Assembly: GCA_950097015.1 (NCBI GenBank)
Contig: CATNEN010000039.1
Coordinates: 14,880,001 to 14,944,000 of the forward strand
Length of the DNA: 64,000 nucleotides
Direction: 5' to 3'
Source: Macrostomum hystrix
Lineage: Eukaryota > Animalia > Platyhelminthes
The number at the start of each line of letters is the position of its first letter. The first letter of the stretch is position 1. Of the stretch, positions 11,030 through 22,198 are shown in pieces. A model generated the notes under the pieces. That model was not told the DNA's origin, did no database searches, and saw nothing but the letters and a program-made list of their open reading frames with translations. Position numbers and translations under genes: made by a program.

Positions 11030-13235
11030 TTCCGATTGGCTCAACTGGCTGACTTGCAGTTGTGAGTGCCGTGTGAGTGCGAAAGTCGCTTAGTGGGCCT
11101 GGCTGCCGTGAGTTGATTGGCTGGACTGCGCTGGCTTGGGGGGTTTGCTCTAACCCCTGCTTGCGATGCCAGTGTTGTGGCTGCTAGCCAAATAAGCGAG
11201 GCGAGGCCAAGTCCAGTTAACCAAGGGTGAGGGTGCTCTCTCGCGTAGCGAGAGCCGTGTATATATATTATTGAACCTCACATGTACATTGATTACATAA
11301 GTACACTATGAGCAAATGTGCATTCACAACAACCACCCCGTGGAGTCGTTGCTGTAAATAGATGTGTGTAGTGCTGAGAGGCAGTACGTTTTTAGGGCCT
11401 CCCTGGCTCCACTTGGAACCTGTGAATCGTGTGTCTCGCATTCTTACTGGATTAAAAGAAAGCAACATGGTGGCAGCGGTGCGGGCTCTAACCACCCGTA
11501 CAACTTGCGCTCTAAAGACGGAGCGCCCGGTGAAGACTCTGAAGACAATACTGAAAAAGCCAGCGGAGTGCGGGAGCCGGTTTCACTGGAGGGCGCGAAT
11601 CTAATGGAAACAAATGAAGTTGCTTCTGACGCACCAGAGCCGGCAACTTCAGGAATCGACTCGCGCGCAAGAAAGACAGTCAGCGTTCACATGGATTAAC
11701 TGGCGCGTCAGCAGGCAGAGTTCACGAGGCCATGCCACGGCCTCCAGCGGCGGAACCCAAGCTATTTAAGCTGACGGACTCTGATGACATCGAGGCCTTC
11801 CTGATGACTTTCGAAAGGACTGCCGCATCGTGTGGATGGCAAAAATCGGAGTGGGCGATCTGGCTGGCACCGCTCTTGACAGGCGTCGCGCAGAGTGCAT
11901 TCCACAGTCTGACGACAGCTGCGAGCGCGGATTACGACCTGGCGAAGGCAACTATCCTAGCGAGGTACAACATCGGCGAGGAGACCTACCGACAGTTATT
12001 CCGGTCTCTGCTGAAGTCACCCGAAGAGACCTTCCAGGTGTTCGCGACAAAGCTGGAAGACCTGTTTGACCGGTGGATGATAGCTGGACTGGACGAGGAC
12101 CAAAGAGAGGCGCTGTTAGGAGATGACCCATCGTCAAGCAGAAGGTGCTCCTGGAGCAGTTTACAGAGTCTCTGATAAGGGGACTGTAAGTGTGGATGCG
12201 AGAGAGAAAGCCGAAGAACATCAAAGAGGCGGCGAATCTGGCCGATGACTGCAATGGCAAGGAACAACGACAAGACCAGTGGAACACCAGGACACCCGAA
12301 CCAGGAGACTGCGGAAGGGGCTACTGTACCCCATGCTATCGCCCGACAAAGGACAGTTAAACTAGCGCAAAGTCTCAAGCCTCCGATCAGCTGCTTCAAT
12401 TGTGGAGGCCCCCACAAGAGGTTTCAGTGTCTCAACAAGCCTTTCAATGTCCACCTGGCCTCAGAAGCAAGAGCTATGGATGGGGCCTCGGACAGGTTTA
12501 TCACCGGGCAGGCAGACGGCATGAAATTCCGACGCAGCTGCCTGCCTGAGCACAACAATTGGACAGGACACCACGCACTACTACGCTGCTTTGGTGGCGA
12601 CCTACACCGCCTTCCTATCGCTAAAGTGGAGCTGCACCTAAAGGGCTACACAGGAACTACCGAGGTCTGCGAGATCCGACTCACTCCCTGTTGGCGCTTT
12701 GGCTCGACTGGATGTGATTAGCCAGCTCCAGCCAGGGGTTGGAGGCACCCCTAGCACAGGCGCGCGGGGGTTAAAGGCCTACCCCTCCCAGCCAATGAGA
12801 GAGAGAGGGTGAGTGCGCCACACCACCCAAAACCCCGGTTAGAGGGGGACGAGAGGCTTCACGTGGAAGGCATTGTGGCCAGCGGCCTAAACCAGATCGA
12901 TCCGGAACCGGCTAATAAAGCAAAACCGAGAATGACTAGAGCGCAGGTGCGTAAACACGAGCGAGAGTACAAGGCGAAACAGGAAACAGCAGTGCGCCCC
13001 GTTGCATTAGATTACCAGGCAGCCCTACAAGACGACAGTGAGCTTCAGGCGGCAATACAAACCAGTGAACTTGTAAAAGAAAGCAACGGCAGATTGTATC
13101 GACGTCAAGCAGTCGGCGAGGACCAACTGGTGCTTCCGAGAGCTCTGCTTCCGAGAGCCCGGAGATCAGGTGCTGCTGCTGTTGCCATCGACAGCCAAGA
13201 AGCTCCACGCTGCAGAATGGCGCGGCCCCTATTGC

Positions 13236-13825
13236 AACACACTTAATGTGGGGAACGAACCTCGCGCTGGCAGACCGAGACCGGATTCTGGCTTGTTTGC
13301 CTTCGTCAGTCAGCCAAAGCCACACGCAGTCCTCTCCCACCACTCATAGTGTGCACAGAAGTCTCTTTTAACCTTGCCATTTTCTATGCCGATACTTTTT
13401 TAATGTTATGTGAGAGTTTTGCAGCCAAGTCTTTGCTTTTCTACTGTTGTCAGTAGTCTGAATTGTATCTCTCATATATACACCCTTCTTCAAATGTTGG
13501 CACTCTTGCCAACAAATTTTTCTGCTGGCTCTCTTACCCTCCTTTTTGGGGTGGCCAGATACGCTCACTGCAGGGAACCAATTGTAACACACTAAAAGTG
13601 GGGAACGAACCTCACGCTGGCAGACCGAGACCGGTTTCTGGCTTGTTTGCCTTCGTCAGTCAGCCAAAGCCACACGCAGTCCTCTCCCACCACTTATAGT
13701 GTGCACGGAAATCTCTTTTAACCTTGCCATTTTCTATGGCGCTACATTTTTAATGTTTTGTGAGAGTTTTGCAGCCAAGTCATTGCTTTTCTACTGTTGT
13801 CAGTAGTCTGAATTATATCTCTCAC
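13236..13825. repeat. ~350-bp direct tandem duplication (1.7 copies) replacing the integrase core of the Gmr1-like element
   Basis: AACACACT..GTGGGGAACGAACCTC..GCTGGCAGACCGAGACCGG.. occurs at ~13236 and again at ~13586. Confidence 0.85.
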
Positions 13826-15787
13826 ACCTATGAAGTACTGCAGAAGTGCGGCGACGTGAACTACCGGATCCGTATTGGCACGGCAACCAATACGTTCCAC
13901 ATCAATCTGCTCAAGTAATATACAGTGCGCGAGAGTCGATTTTGATGCACCTGTCAGCGACAACGACAGGCGCTCTTGCGCTGTCCGACCGTCTGAGCCC
14001 GGACGAGAGGGACCGTCTCCAGCAGCTGGTGCAGGACTTCGTGAACGTCTTCAATGAGATCCTGGGTAGGACCGACTTGGTGGAGCACCAAATCCGGACG
14101 ACATCTGACCGTATAGTGCGTATCCGGCCGCGGCGGGAGCCGCAGGCGTATCGACAGGTGCTCAAAGAGGAGATCCAACGCATGCTGGACCTCGGAGTGA
14201 TCGAACCGTGGACTGTGACTACTGCTCCCCGGTCTGTCTAGTGGCCAAGAAGGACGGCTCGGTCCGATTCAAGGCGCTAAATGAGCTGGTGGCATTCGAT
14301 TCCTACCCAATGAAGAACCTCGAGGATCTGCTGGAGCAAGTCACCAGGGCCAAGTTCATATCCAAGCTAGACTGCTGCAAGGGCTACTGGCAGATTCCTC
14401 TGTCCGAGAGCTCGAAGCGGCTGACAGCACTCGCGGCCGGTGGCAAGCTTTACCAATTCACCGTAATGCCCATGGGCTTAAACTGCGGCAGCGCAACGTA
14501 CCAGAGGCTCATGGACAAGATGGTCCAAGGGCTGGGCAAAGCAGACTCATACGTCGACGACAGCGCCGTGTTCAGCGAGACCTTCGAGCAGCACGTTCAC
14601 GACCTGAGGCAGGTGTTAGGCCGCCTCCAGGCTGCCGGTCTGACGGTGCAGCCTCGCAAATGCTACCTGGGCGGCAACTCGGTGGACTACCTCGGCTTCA
14701 AGCTCGGCCGAGGCCATATTGGCACGAGCGAGGATCGAGTGCGGACTGTCACTGCACTGGCTCGACCCAAGACCAAGGCCCAGCTGCGATCAGTGCTCGG
14801 AGTGCTCAACCACTACCGTCGGTTCGTGCCCGGCTACTCCGACAAGGTGGCAGCCCTGACGGACCTCACGAAGAAGTCGGCGCCCGAGGACCTAAGAGCG
14901 GCCTGGGGAGAACAGCAGACTCGAGGCTTCGACTCGAGCCAACAGACTGACTCAAGATTTAGTGACTGACTCAAGATGGCCTTCTTTTCCCGTCGTGCCC
15001 GGTTCCGGCTGCGGCGGGCTTCTTCGACCGTTTGGAGCGGCCGGTCATCGTTTCCTGAGCCCCGCTAGTAGGTGAACCGGAGGGGCCGGCATTGGCGCTG
15101 TCAATGGCGGAGGGGCCGGGTTTGTAGCGGGAGCTTCAGTCCCGGTTTCAACGATGGCATTAGCAGAAGCCATAGCTGAAATCAGGTGCGGGGTTTACTC
15201 ATAAGCGAGGTAAAAAGCCTTTGGCACCTCTCCCTCAGAGCCCAGGCCAGACGTACCTGAATGATCAGGTGGGGTCCTGGATGGGTCGTCAAGCGCCGTT
15301 GGTTATTCTGTCCGTCTTTCTGTCGGATATTCTGTTATATTTCCAGTTCTGATTTAATTTCAGATGTTTAACAACTGAAAAATATCTCATTGTGATAACG
15401 ATTGAGCATTTATTTTTAAGCAGGTGTAACTTTTTTGCTTCAGTAATTATTTTGCACGAATTGTCATTTTTTAAATAAACATGACTACTTTCAAACGACA
15501 AGCCATGTTTAACTGATCATTGTGCTGCTTGTGCGGTGTATTAAAAAACAATTCAACACAGACAGATATATTTAGGAACAAAATATTACAAAGCTGACAT
15601 GCTTGAGATTTGCAACGTAAGTCGGTCCGTTTTTTCTATTGAGAGGAGGCTTTTAGCACCTTGATTTTTTCAGCACATTTTCAGACAGAACTTTGAAAAC
15701 ATTATTCCATACATTCAACTCATCAATTCAATGCTTTCAATACATTCAACACATCAAACACAACATTAAAAACTGTTAGCGCAAAGT

Positions 15788-16806
15788 CTACAGCGCTGGC
15801 AGCAGCATCGCTAGCAGTATCGTGCAGCCCAACAGTACGGATACGAACAGCAAATTCTGGTGCCTAGCACCCGCAGCAGTCGGGGTTGCACCCGCGGCAG
15901 TCGTGGTTGCACCTGCAGCAGTCGGGGTTGCACCCGTAGCAGTCGGGATTGCACCCGCGGCAGTCGTGGTTGCACCCGCGGCAGTCGTGGTTGCACCCGC
16001 GGCAGTCGTGGTTGCACCCGCAGCAGTTGGGGTTGCACCCGCAACAGTCGTGGTTGCACCCGCAGCAGTCGGGGTTGCGCCTGCAGCAGTCGTGGTTTCA
16101 CCCGCGGCAGTCGTGGTTGCAGGAGGAGTGTACATCCGTAATGAGCTACAATCAGACTTTGCTGCGTTTGGAGTGCATTCGTAGCGTTCCATCTTCCGAT
16201 GTCTCGAGTAGTAGTTATACAGCATGTTGACATACATTTCACAGCCGATAATTGTAACATAGCCCCCGTCTTTGGGGGCTATGAAGTCCAATTTAAGGCA
16301 CTTTTCTGATGGAGGGCAAAAAATTTCAGATGGAAATTCTTGCGCCCAATCGACCTTCCATTTTTTGTAGTGAAGGCATGGTGCCAGATCACGTTCTAGA
16401 TCGTTGGTCAAGTTAAATACACTCGCTTTATTGCATTTTTCACCCGTGCAGTCTTTGCAATATTTTGTAGCAAGACAGGAGCCGCAACCATATTTCAGTC
16501 GCTAAAAAAGTTTCCGCATAGGGCAAAATTTATAGGGCGAACTGTTGCTTTATGATTTCGAATTGATATGCTAATTAAATTAGTTTAATTCATTCGGTCG
16601 CTCACCACTTCGCCTTCAGTTGGATCATATTCCACTTTACACTTGGTGACGCTGGCAGGAGTACAATCTGTATCAGTATCGTCATTCTTATATTCATAAA
16701 ATGGTACTTTATGATTCCTCGACCAGATACATTTAATACAATCAGCCAGCTGAATGCCTCCAAGTGCAAGAAACACGCCAACAATAACCAGCTTCATAGT
16801 CGTCAT
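15788..16806 (-). CDS. Surface-protein family copy 1: signal peptide, LU/three-finger-like domain, 6-Cys domain, 12 Thr/Ala/Gly heptads, GPI-type tail (304 aa); exons 16806-16606 and 16501-15788
   Basis: A phase-0 104-nt intron (GTGAGC...TTTTTTAG) joins MTTMKLVIVGVFLALGGIQLADC..EV in frame to RLKYGCGSC..CKDCTGEKCN. The same structure is conserved in four paralogues. Confidence 0.88.
15867..16118 (-). repeat. 21-bp coding minisatellite, 12 units (TTTAAGA/TPTAAGA stalk)
   Basis: Unit GCACCCGCRGCAGTCGKGGTT on the + strand. Confidence 0.95.
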
Positions 16807-17191
16807 GATTGCCAGCTTCGATTCCGAATAGCCCAGTTAGATTTGGTCGATTAGCTGGCAGGTGGCAGTTGAACTGCAGTCAATTCTTGATCCGATTTGC
16901 AACGGCTGAGTAGAATCGGCCAGAATGCTGAGTCGAGTGTTGTCAGTTGTTGGATTTGATTTTTCGTTTCGGGCCGCTGCCCCTTCAACATGCTGCAGAA
17001 AATGCAGGTGCGAGCCGGCTTGGTCTATGGCTGCGCTGGCTGACACAGGGGTGCCCGCCTTTTGTCTATGGCAATTTTCAGCTCTACTTTGCTTTTTTCA
17101 TGCACGACTTTTCTGAGATGAACTTTTGTGTTGTACTATTAGAAATCTTTCTAGCTTATTGGAGTTTCTCTCTAACTAAGAAGTATTGCAC

Positions 17192-19920
17192 CACAGAATA
17201 CACCAGAATGCCCAATCAAGCTCCCTGCGAAAAAAAATTGAGGCAAAAACTATTTGCTAGCTACGCTACTTCTAAGGTGAAGTGATTTGCAAGTAGTGCT
17301 GGCTTTTTTATCAACCCGAGTGTATTGAGATCGTCTTTGAGCTTGTCTTTCCTTCCATCTATCCTATCTATTTGATGCCCAGTGTATAATAACTCTGCTT
17401 AGTTGCCTGCGCTCCTTAGAATAAATCACAGAATACAATATTGCTGCATCGCACTTGACTGACGGCTACTTTATTCTGCCCAGTGATTTACGCCTCTGTT
17501 GTGCCATGCCAACAGTCTCACGTCGGCAGTGCGCATCATACGGCTGTAAATCCTATGCGTATAGAAATCGACCTGGAGTTCGTTTTCATAAGTTTCCAAT
17601 CAAGAGTCCTGAAAGGTACGTGACATCAGAATTATGATATCTTACGAGTAGCTATGTAGCAGACCTCTCAGCTCTCTCTATTTATTGAATTTACGATTGG
17701 TGAGCTGAGTATTTGGGGGGGATGGTAGCGTAATTTATGAGGGTGAGAGTAGGTATTTTCCACGCTGTTCGGGTTATAACCTAAGGTAGCGCTAATGCCC
17801 GAGCGGCAAGACACTAGCTACTAATGGGAGCGGAATTTCCTGCTGCTGGCACGAGGGCTAAGGTCACTGATCTGGGGCACACAGTCCGTGGGGCGTATCA
17901 GGATGGATTGAAGTTGCCTGGTGAATGTCCTTCGCACTCTCAAGCTTACTTTCCTCTATGGGGTCCGGGATTAATACAGTCTCAAGAGGGAAAAAGGCGG
18001 AGTTTTGGGACTTCAGGGGGGGTATTTAGGGAATTTTTAGGTGGACTTCAGATAGACTTCAGGTGGACTTTTTGGACGGGATTTAAGACGGTATATTGGG
18101 ATTTCAAAGGGATCATATAATAGGGTGGGTTTTGGTAAAGAAGGCCGACGAGAGATCTTTGGGAGAGGATTGGGAAGGCAAAGGTATCTTTAACTGTTTT
18201 CCTTTTATCAGGAAAATAACTCAGAAACTCGGTCTATTTAATAGCGAAACTGGAATAGAGGTTGGAAGTGGAATCGCTTATATTTCGTTGTATCGAACGT
18301 AGAGCTAAACGTTGAGAACGCATAGAACGTAAAGTAGGTCAAACAGGTAGCGGACGGTTAAGCGAGGTGAGCAAGGGTGCGCAAGGGTGAGGCAAGGTTG
18401 TGGCAAGGTCAAGATCGCATTTTCTCTCTATATATACACAAAGAAATTGGGGTGGGTGCATGTTTCTACTTTAAGAGTAATATAACGCACAAAGAGCTCG
18501 GCGTGATATAACGACATTTAGCTAGCGCGTGAGGAAAAATGGCGGGAATTTAAAATTATAAAGAAAACCTAATTTTACACTGCCTCAGTTATTTTAGTCG
18601 CTTCTGACAGGCATGCCATAATAACACGGATTGCTTTCTTGCTCAGTTTGAGATCACTAAAGGTTGTGTCTATGCAACTGTTTTCTAATGGAGACTGCAA
18701 ATCTGTGTTGTCCAGAAATCCTACTCAAGATCACGTAGAGAATGGCTTTGCATGCATCCGACGACGAGGCGGCTTTAATGACTGTCCGGAGTATAAAGAA
18801 GCTGCTGCGGCATTCCGCTCACTGGCCGTCAACCAGTTACTTGGCTGCCCATCGTTTGCTAACAACTGCAAACCCGACAGTTCAGTTCCCATGTTAACCA
18901 ATGTCATTCAGCTAATCACCGATGAAATCAAAGCGGATGGTGAGAAGTTCCCTATCAGTTCCGTTAATGAGAATGCGTGCCTGGCATTGACACAAGTTTA
19001 TGAAGATTCAGGAATGTTCGGAGAAAAGTGTGCCTATGTTGGAGGTTGGATGCTTCACTGCTTGTTGCGGTTGCGCACCGCTTGCCAGGACTGCAAAATG
19101 GGTCTCCTAAGTCGCGATGGTTGCAATGAGGGCATGCGTTTCCTAGAAAAAAGGAATATGCAAGACACTGGAAACGGCGGTCTGTACGTACCAAGTGAAG
19201 CGGTCTTGAAAGCAGTGCAGAAGATGGAGATGGTTTTCGACCAAATTTGCAATGTGTAGGACTCGATTAGAGTATGGAAGGGAATCAGTATCAGTGCCAG
19301 AGTCCAGCCTGCAGCACAAGCAGCTGCTGCAACTGAGCTACATCTACACAACAGTGAGCACACAAATGAATGGCTTTCATCTCTCACATTTGTACACACG
19401 CCTGCGGTTACATCACTGGTGCAAAGCTCAACAGGCATTACTTCGAGCTGCCAGGAAGCGCGGAGCTCCGAGTACGAGTACAGCTTCAGCAGAACAACGA
19501 AAGCTGGGGCGCCTGTTATCCGCTAAAGTATAGGATGCCTGTTGTTTGATGCTTAAACTGCTGCTCATGTTGCTGTTTATAAACTGTTCTAGTTTGCAAA
19601 TTTCATGTTCAATTTTTATGTACACCTATATCACGTACCCAATTGCTTTGAACTGCTGCTCATTCTGCTGTTTCTTAACTGTTCTAGTTAGTGTTGAATG
19701 CTCACAAATAATATCTGCATTTTTATGTCGCTACAGCTGCAAATATACAATCGGGCCTCTCTGTCCATAAAAAGCTCCAACCTGAATAGACATACAAAAG
19801 GGTGACTACTTCTCAAATTTTAGTACTACTTAACTCTTCTTCACCTCAGGAGTAGTGTCTATGGCTTTATATTTCGGCTTTAGATTTGGAAGCTGATTGA
19901 GCATTCTAGTGTATTCTGTG
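17192..19920 (+). mobile_element. P-element/THAP9-superfamily DNA transposon, internally deleted
   Basis: ~27-bp imperfect TIRs CACAGAATACACCAGAATGCCCAATCA / TGATTGAGCATTCTAGTGTATTCTGTG. 8-bp TSD TATTGCAC (17184-17191, 19921-19928); empty site at ~32625. THAP start MPTVSRRQCASYGC..FHKFP (17506) and transposase C-terminus QDHVENGFACIRRRGGFNDCP (ORF 18639-19259). Confidence 0.93.
17655..18579 (-). mobile_element. Solo-LTR-like insertion inside the P element
   Basis: TGTA...TACA ends, with a minus-strand TATA-like run (~18430) and AATAAA (~17681). No TSD found. Confidence 0.4.
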
Positions 19921-21373
19921 TATTGCACTTTACAAGCATCGAATGTATGTTTCACATGGGCCCATATTTGACAGACTTTTTAGACAGAACCAGGTTAACG
20001 AAAACTAGGCTAGCAATGAAGTCGGTGACTTATTACGGGATGAGTGAGCCGTGATGCATATCAAAGTATGCAGCAAGTTCTTCAAAGTTCAACCAATACA
20101 ATGTATCCTATATGTATCGAAGGTCTCTGTCTTCTCACTGGCTCATATATAATACTAACCAAACCGAAAGCATCGAACTGAAAATGAAAATGATGCAAAA
20201 CATAATGGCAATAAGTTCATTCAGTTGTCACTGTCAGACTTTATGTTTGTACCCAGAGCTGCATTACAGAAGAGCATAAGCGTATTCTACGGGCACCATG
20301 GCACGATCGCGGGGGCGAGTGGGTCAGCGGCTAACGTCGCTGCCTCGCACTCCAAAGGACGCTAGTTCGATTCACCCTTCAAGTCACGATTAATTTCGGG
20401 ACTTGTTGGGGGGGTTTGGACAGTAGCGACCGGCGGAGGTGCACCATATTTCGTGCAATCAAAGCTTGAAATAATAGCTTCGCTCCTACCTTCTGTGTGC
20501 CTGTTCTGCGTTGTATGAGTTTGTGCGTTGGCGCTGGGGCTAGGGATGCCAACCGGTTTTTAAACCGGTTTAAAAAACGGTTTTTAGCAGGAAAACCGGT
20601 TCTAAAAAACCCGGTTTTTTGTCCGGTTTTTTGGTGGTTTTTAATGGGTTTTTTATTTTAATTATGTCTCACAGAGTCACACTTTTTGCACTTTGGAGAA
20701 AAAATAACTGGTAACAAAATTTGCTTCGTGGTGGCAGCGCTACTAAGTCCTTTCAAATTGAACATTAAACTTAAAATTAAATCTAAGTTGAACTTGAAGT
20801 ATAAATCTAAATTGGGGCCTAATCTAAAACTATCTAAGTCTAAAAATAAAAACATCAAGGGTTCGCCGTTTCTAATCTAACCATCTCAGGGTACCGCCAG
20901 TTTGCCTTGGCCAAAATCATCAAATTAATCAATAATTGCTACCAGTGCATCATTAAGTTTAAAGTTATTATTCAGCAAAATTAAGAGTTCGCGAATTAGT
21001 TACGAACTAATCCGAACTAAATCTCAATTTATATTAAGTTCGCATTGGGTCTTTATTTTATTTCGCATTTAGTTCGCATTGGCTACGGAACGATTCCGAA
21101 GAAAGTCCACGGAAAATTTGAATTGGCGCGATATTCAATTTCCGCGAAACCTAACTGTAAGCAGCTTAGAGTTCGCGGCCCGCAGTGTACACTGCGGGGG
21201 TAGAGCGTACACGCCTGCGTGCGTGCTTGCGTGGCGTGATTGGGGGGTGGGTACGCCCACCCCAGTGTTTCTGGCCAAATATAATAGTGCTAGCGAGCCG
21301 GTATGGCTCTTCGCGTTTTGTGTGCATGCTACCTGACAAACCAGCGTCTTACACTGGTGGCAGCGGTCTCAGC

Positions 21374-22168
21374 ATGACTAAGCAAGAATCTTTACTGCCG
21401 CAAAAGTTCAGCGGCGCCGGCAGTGACTCAAATGTCAGAATGTGGCTAAGCATGTTTGAAGACTTCGCCGATGACAGCGACTGGGACGATAAGAAGAAGG
21501 CGAAGAAGTTGAAGCTGCTGCTGTCTGGAGAGGCACAGATCTTTGTGTGGGAACTTCCAGACGAAAAGAAAGTGAGCTACGAGCAGCTTAAGGTGGAGCT
21601 CATCGGGCACTTCGGCGACAGCCTGAGCAGCTACCGGGCGATGGAGGAGTTTGAGGAACGCAAACGTCGGCCAAATGAGTCTTTGAGAGAGCTGGCGTAC
21701 AACCTCAAGCTGCTGCACCTCCGGGCTCGGCCAGACGACTCTGTGGACGCCAGGGAGAAGGACGTGAAGTTCCGCTTGATGCGCCTCCTCCCAGCAGCTG
21801 TAAGAGATACGCTGCTCAAAGACCAGGACGCGGACTCCTGTCCGTTGACAGTCCTGATTGACCGGGCGGCCCGCATTGAGTTGGTGAGTCGCCAGTCATC
21901 AGCGACGTCAGCAGCCGTGACGGCGGAGGACAGTCGGATCAGCCGTCTGGAGCAGCAGGTTCAGCAGCTGGCTGTAGGTGTGCGAACGGGAGCCGCAGGC
22001 AAGGAAAGCCGTCAAAGGGCCATCAAGTGCTTCAGCTGCGGGGAAGTTGGCCACATCGCGAGGCAGTGCCCGAGAGCGGCAGGAGCCCGCTGCAGCAGGT
22101 GCTCAGGCAAGGGGCACACGGCGGCGGTCTGCCCGACACCAGCTGCACAGCCGCAGGGAAACTGCTGA
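21374..22168 (+). CDS. gag: Gypsy B gag with two CCHC knuckles
   Basis: ATG follows the PBS; PQKFSG..W, CFSCGEVGHIARQC, CSRCSGKGHTAAVC. Confidence 0.9.
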   Translation: MTKQESLLPQKFSGAGSDSNVRMWLSMFEDFADDSDWDDKKKAKKLKLLLSGEAQIFVWELPDEKKVSYEQLKVELIGHFGDSLSSYRAMEEFEERKRRPNESLRELAYNLKLLHLRARPDDSVDAREKDVKFRLMRLLPAAVRDTLLKDQDADSCPLTVLIDRAARIELVSRQSSATSAAVTAEDSRISRLEQQVQQLAVGVRTGAAGKESRQRAIKCFSCGEVGHIARQCPRAAGARCSRCSGKGHTAAVCPTPAAQPQGNC

Positions 22169-22198
22169 GGGTCGGCAGCCTGGGGCCAGCGCCGACCC
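22156..22198 (+). promoter_or_regulatory. -1 programmed ribosomal frameshift signal
   Basis: Slippery heptamer G GGA AAC (22156-22162), 6-nt spacer, stem GGGTCGGC/GCCGACCC (22169-22176/22191-22198). Pol is in the -1 frame relative to gag. Confidence 0.8.

Larger units (their letters stand above)
6699..11331 (-). mobile_element. Full-length Gypsy/Ty3 element A, recent insertion
   Basis: Identical 159-bp LTRs (6699-6857, 11173-11331, TG...CA). 5-bp TSD ACCAC (6694-6698, 11332-11336). PBS-like TGGCATCGCAAGCAGG after the 5' LTR; PPT GGAGGGGGGATGA before the 3' LTR. Confidence 0.97.
6672..14945 (+). mobile_element. Degenerate Gmr1-like (SCAN-type gag) Gypsy element; its 5' LTR (6672-6698 + 11337-11467) is split by Gypsy A
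   Basis: TGTAAC...AGCAACA followed by PBS TGGTGGCAGCGGT (11468). Gag at 11732-12450 (DDIEAFLMTFER..W..LAPLLTG..YRQLFR; CFNCGGPHKRFQC), integrase remnants (GRLYRR..QLVLPR; PYEVLQKCGDVNYRI..FHINLLK), then RT at 13980-14945 (DCCKGYWQIP, YVDD). Confidence 0.85.

Noticed and set aside
16837-17285. Short ORFs repeated upstream of each family gene (MSASAAID.., MLSRVLSV..)
   Set aside because: Conservation reflects recent duplication of the 5' flank; lengths and frames vary between copies and no coding motif is visible.
20311-20390. tRNA gene
   Set aside because: A and B boxes are present but there is no convincing acceptor stem; it runs into a body, tail and TSD, so it was called a SINE head.
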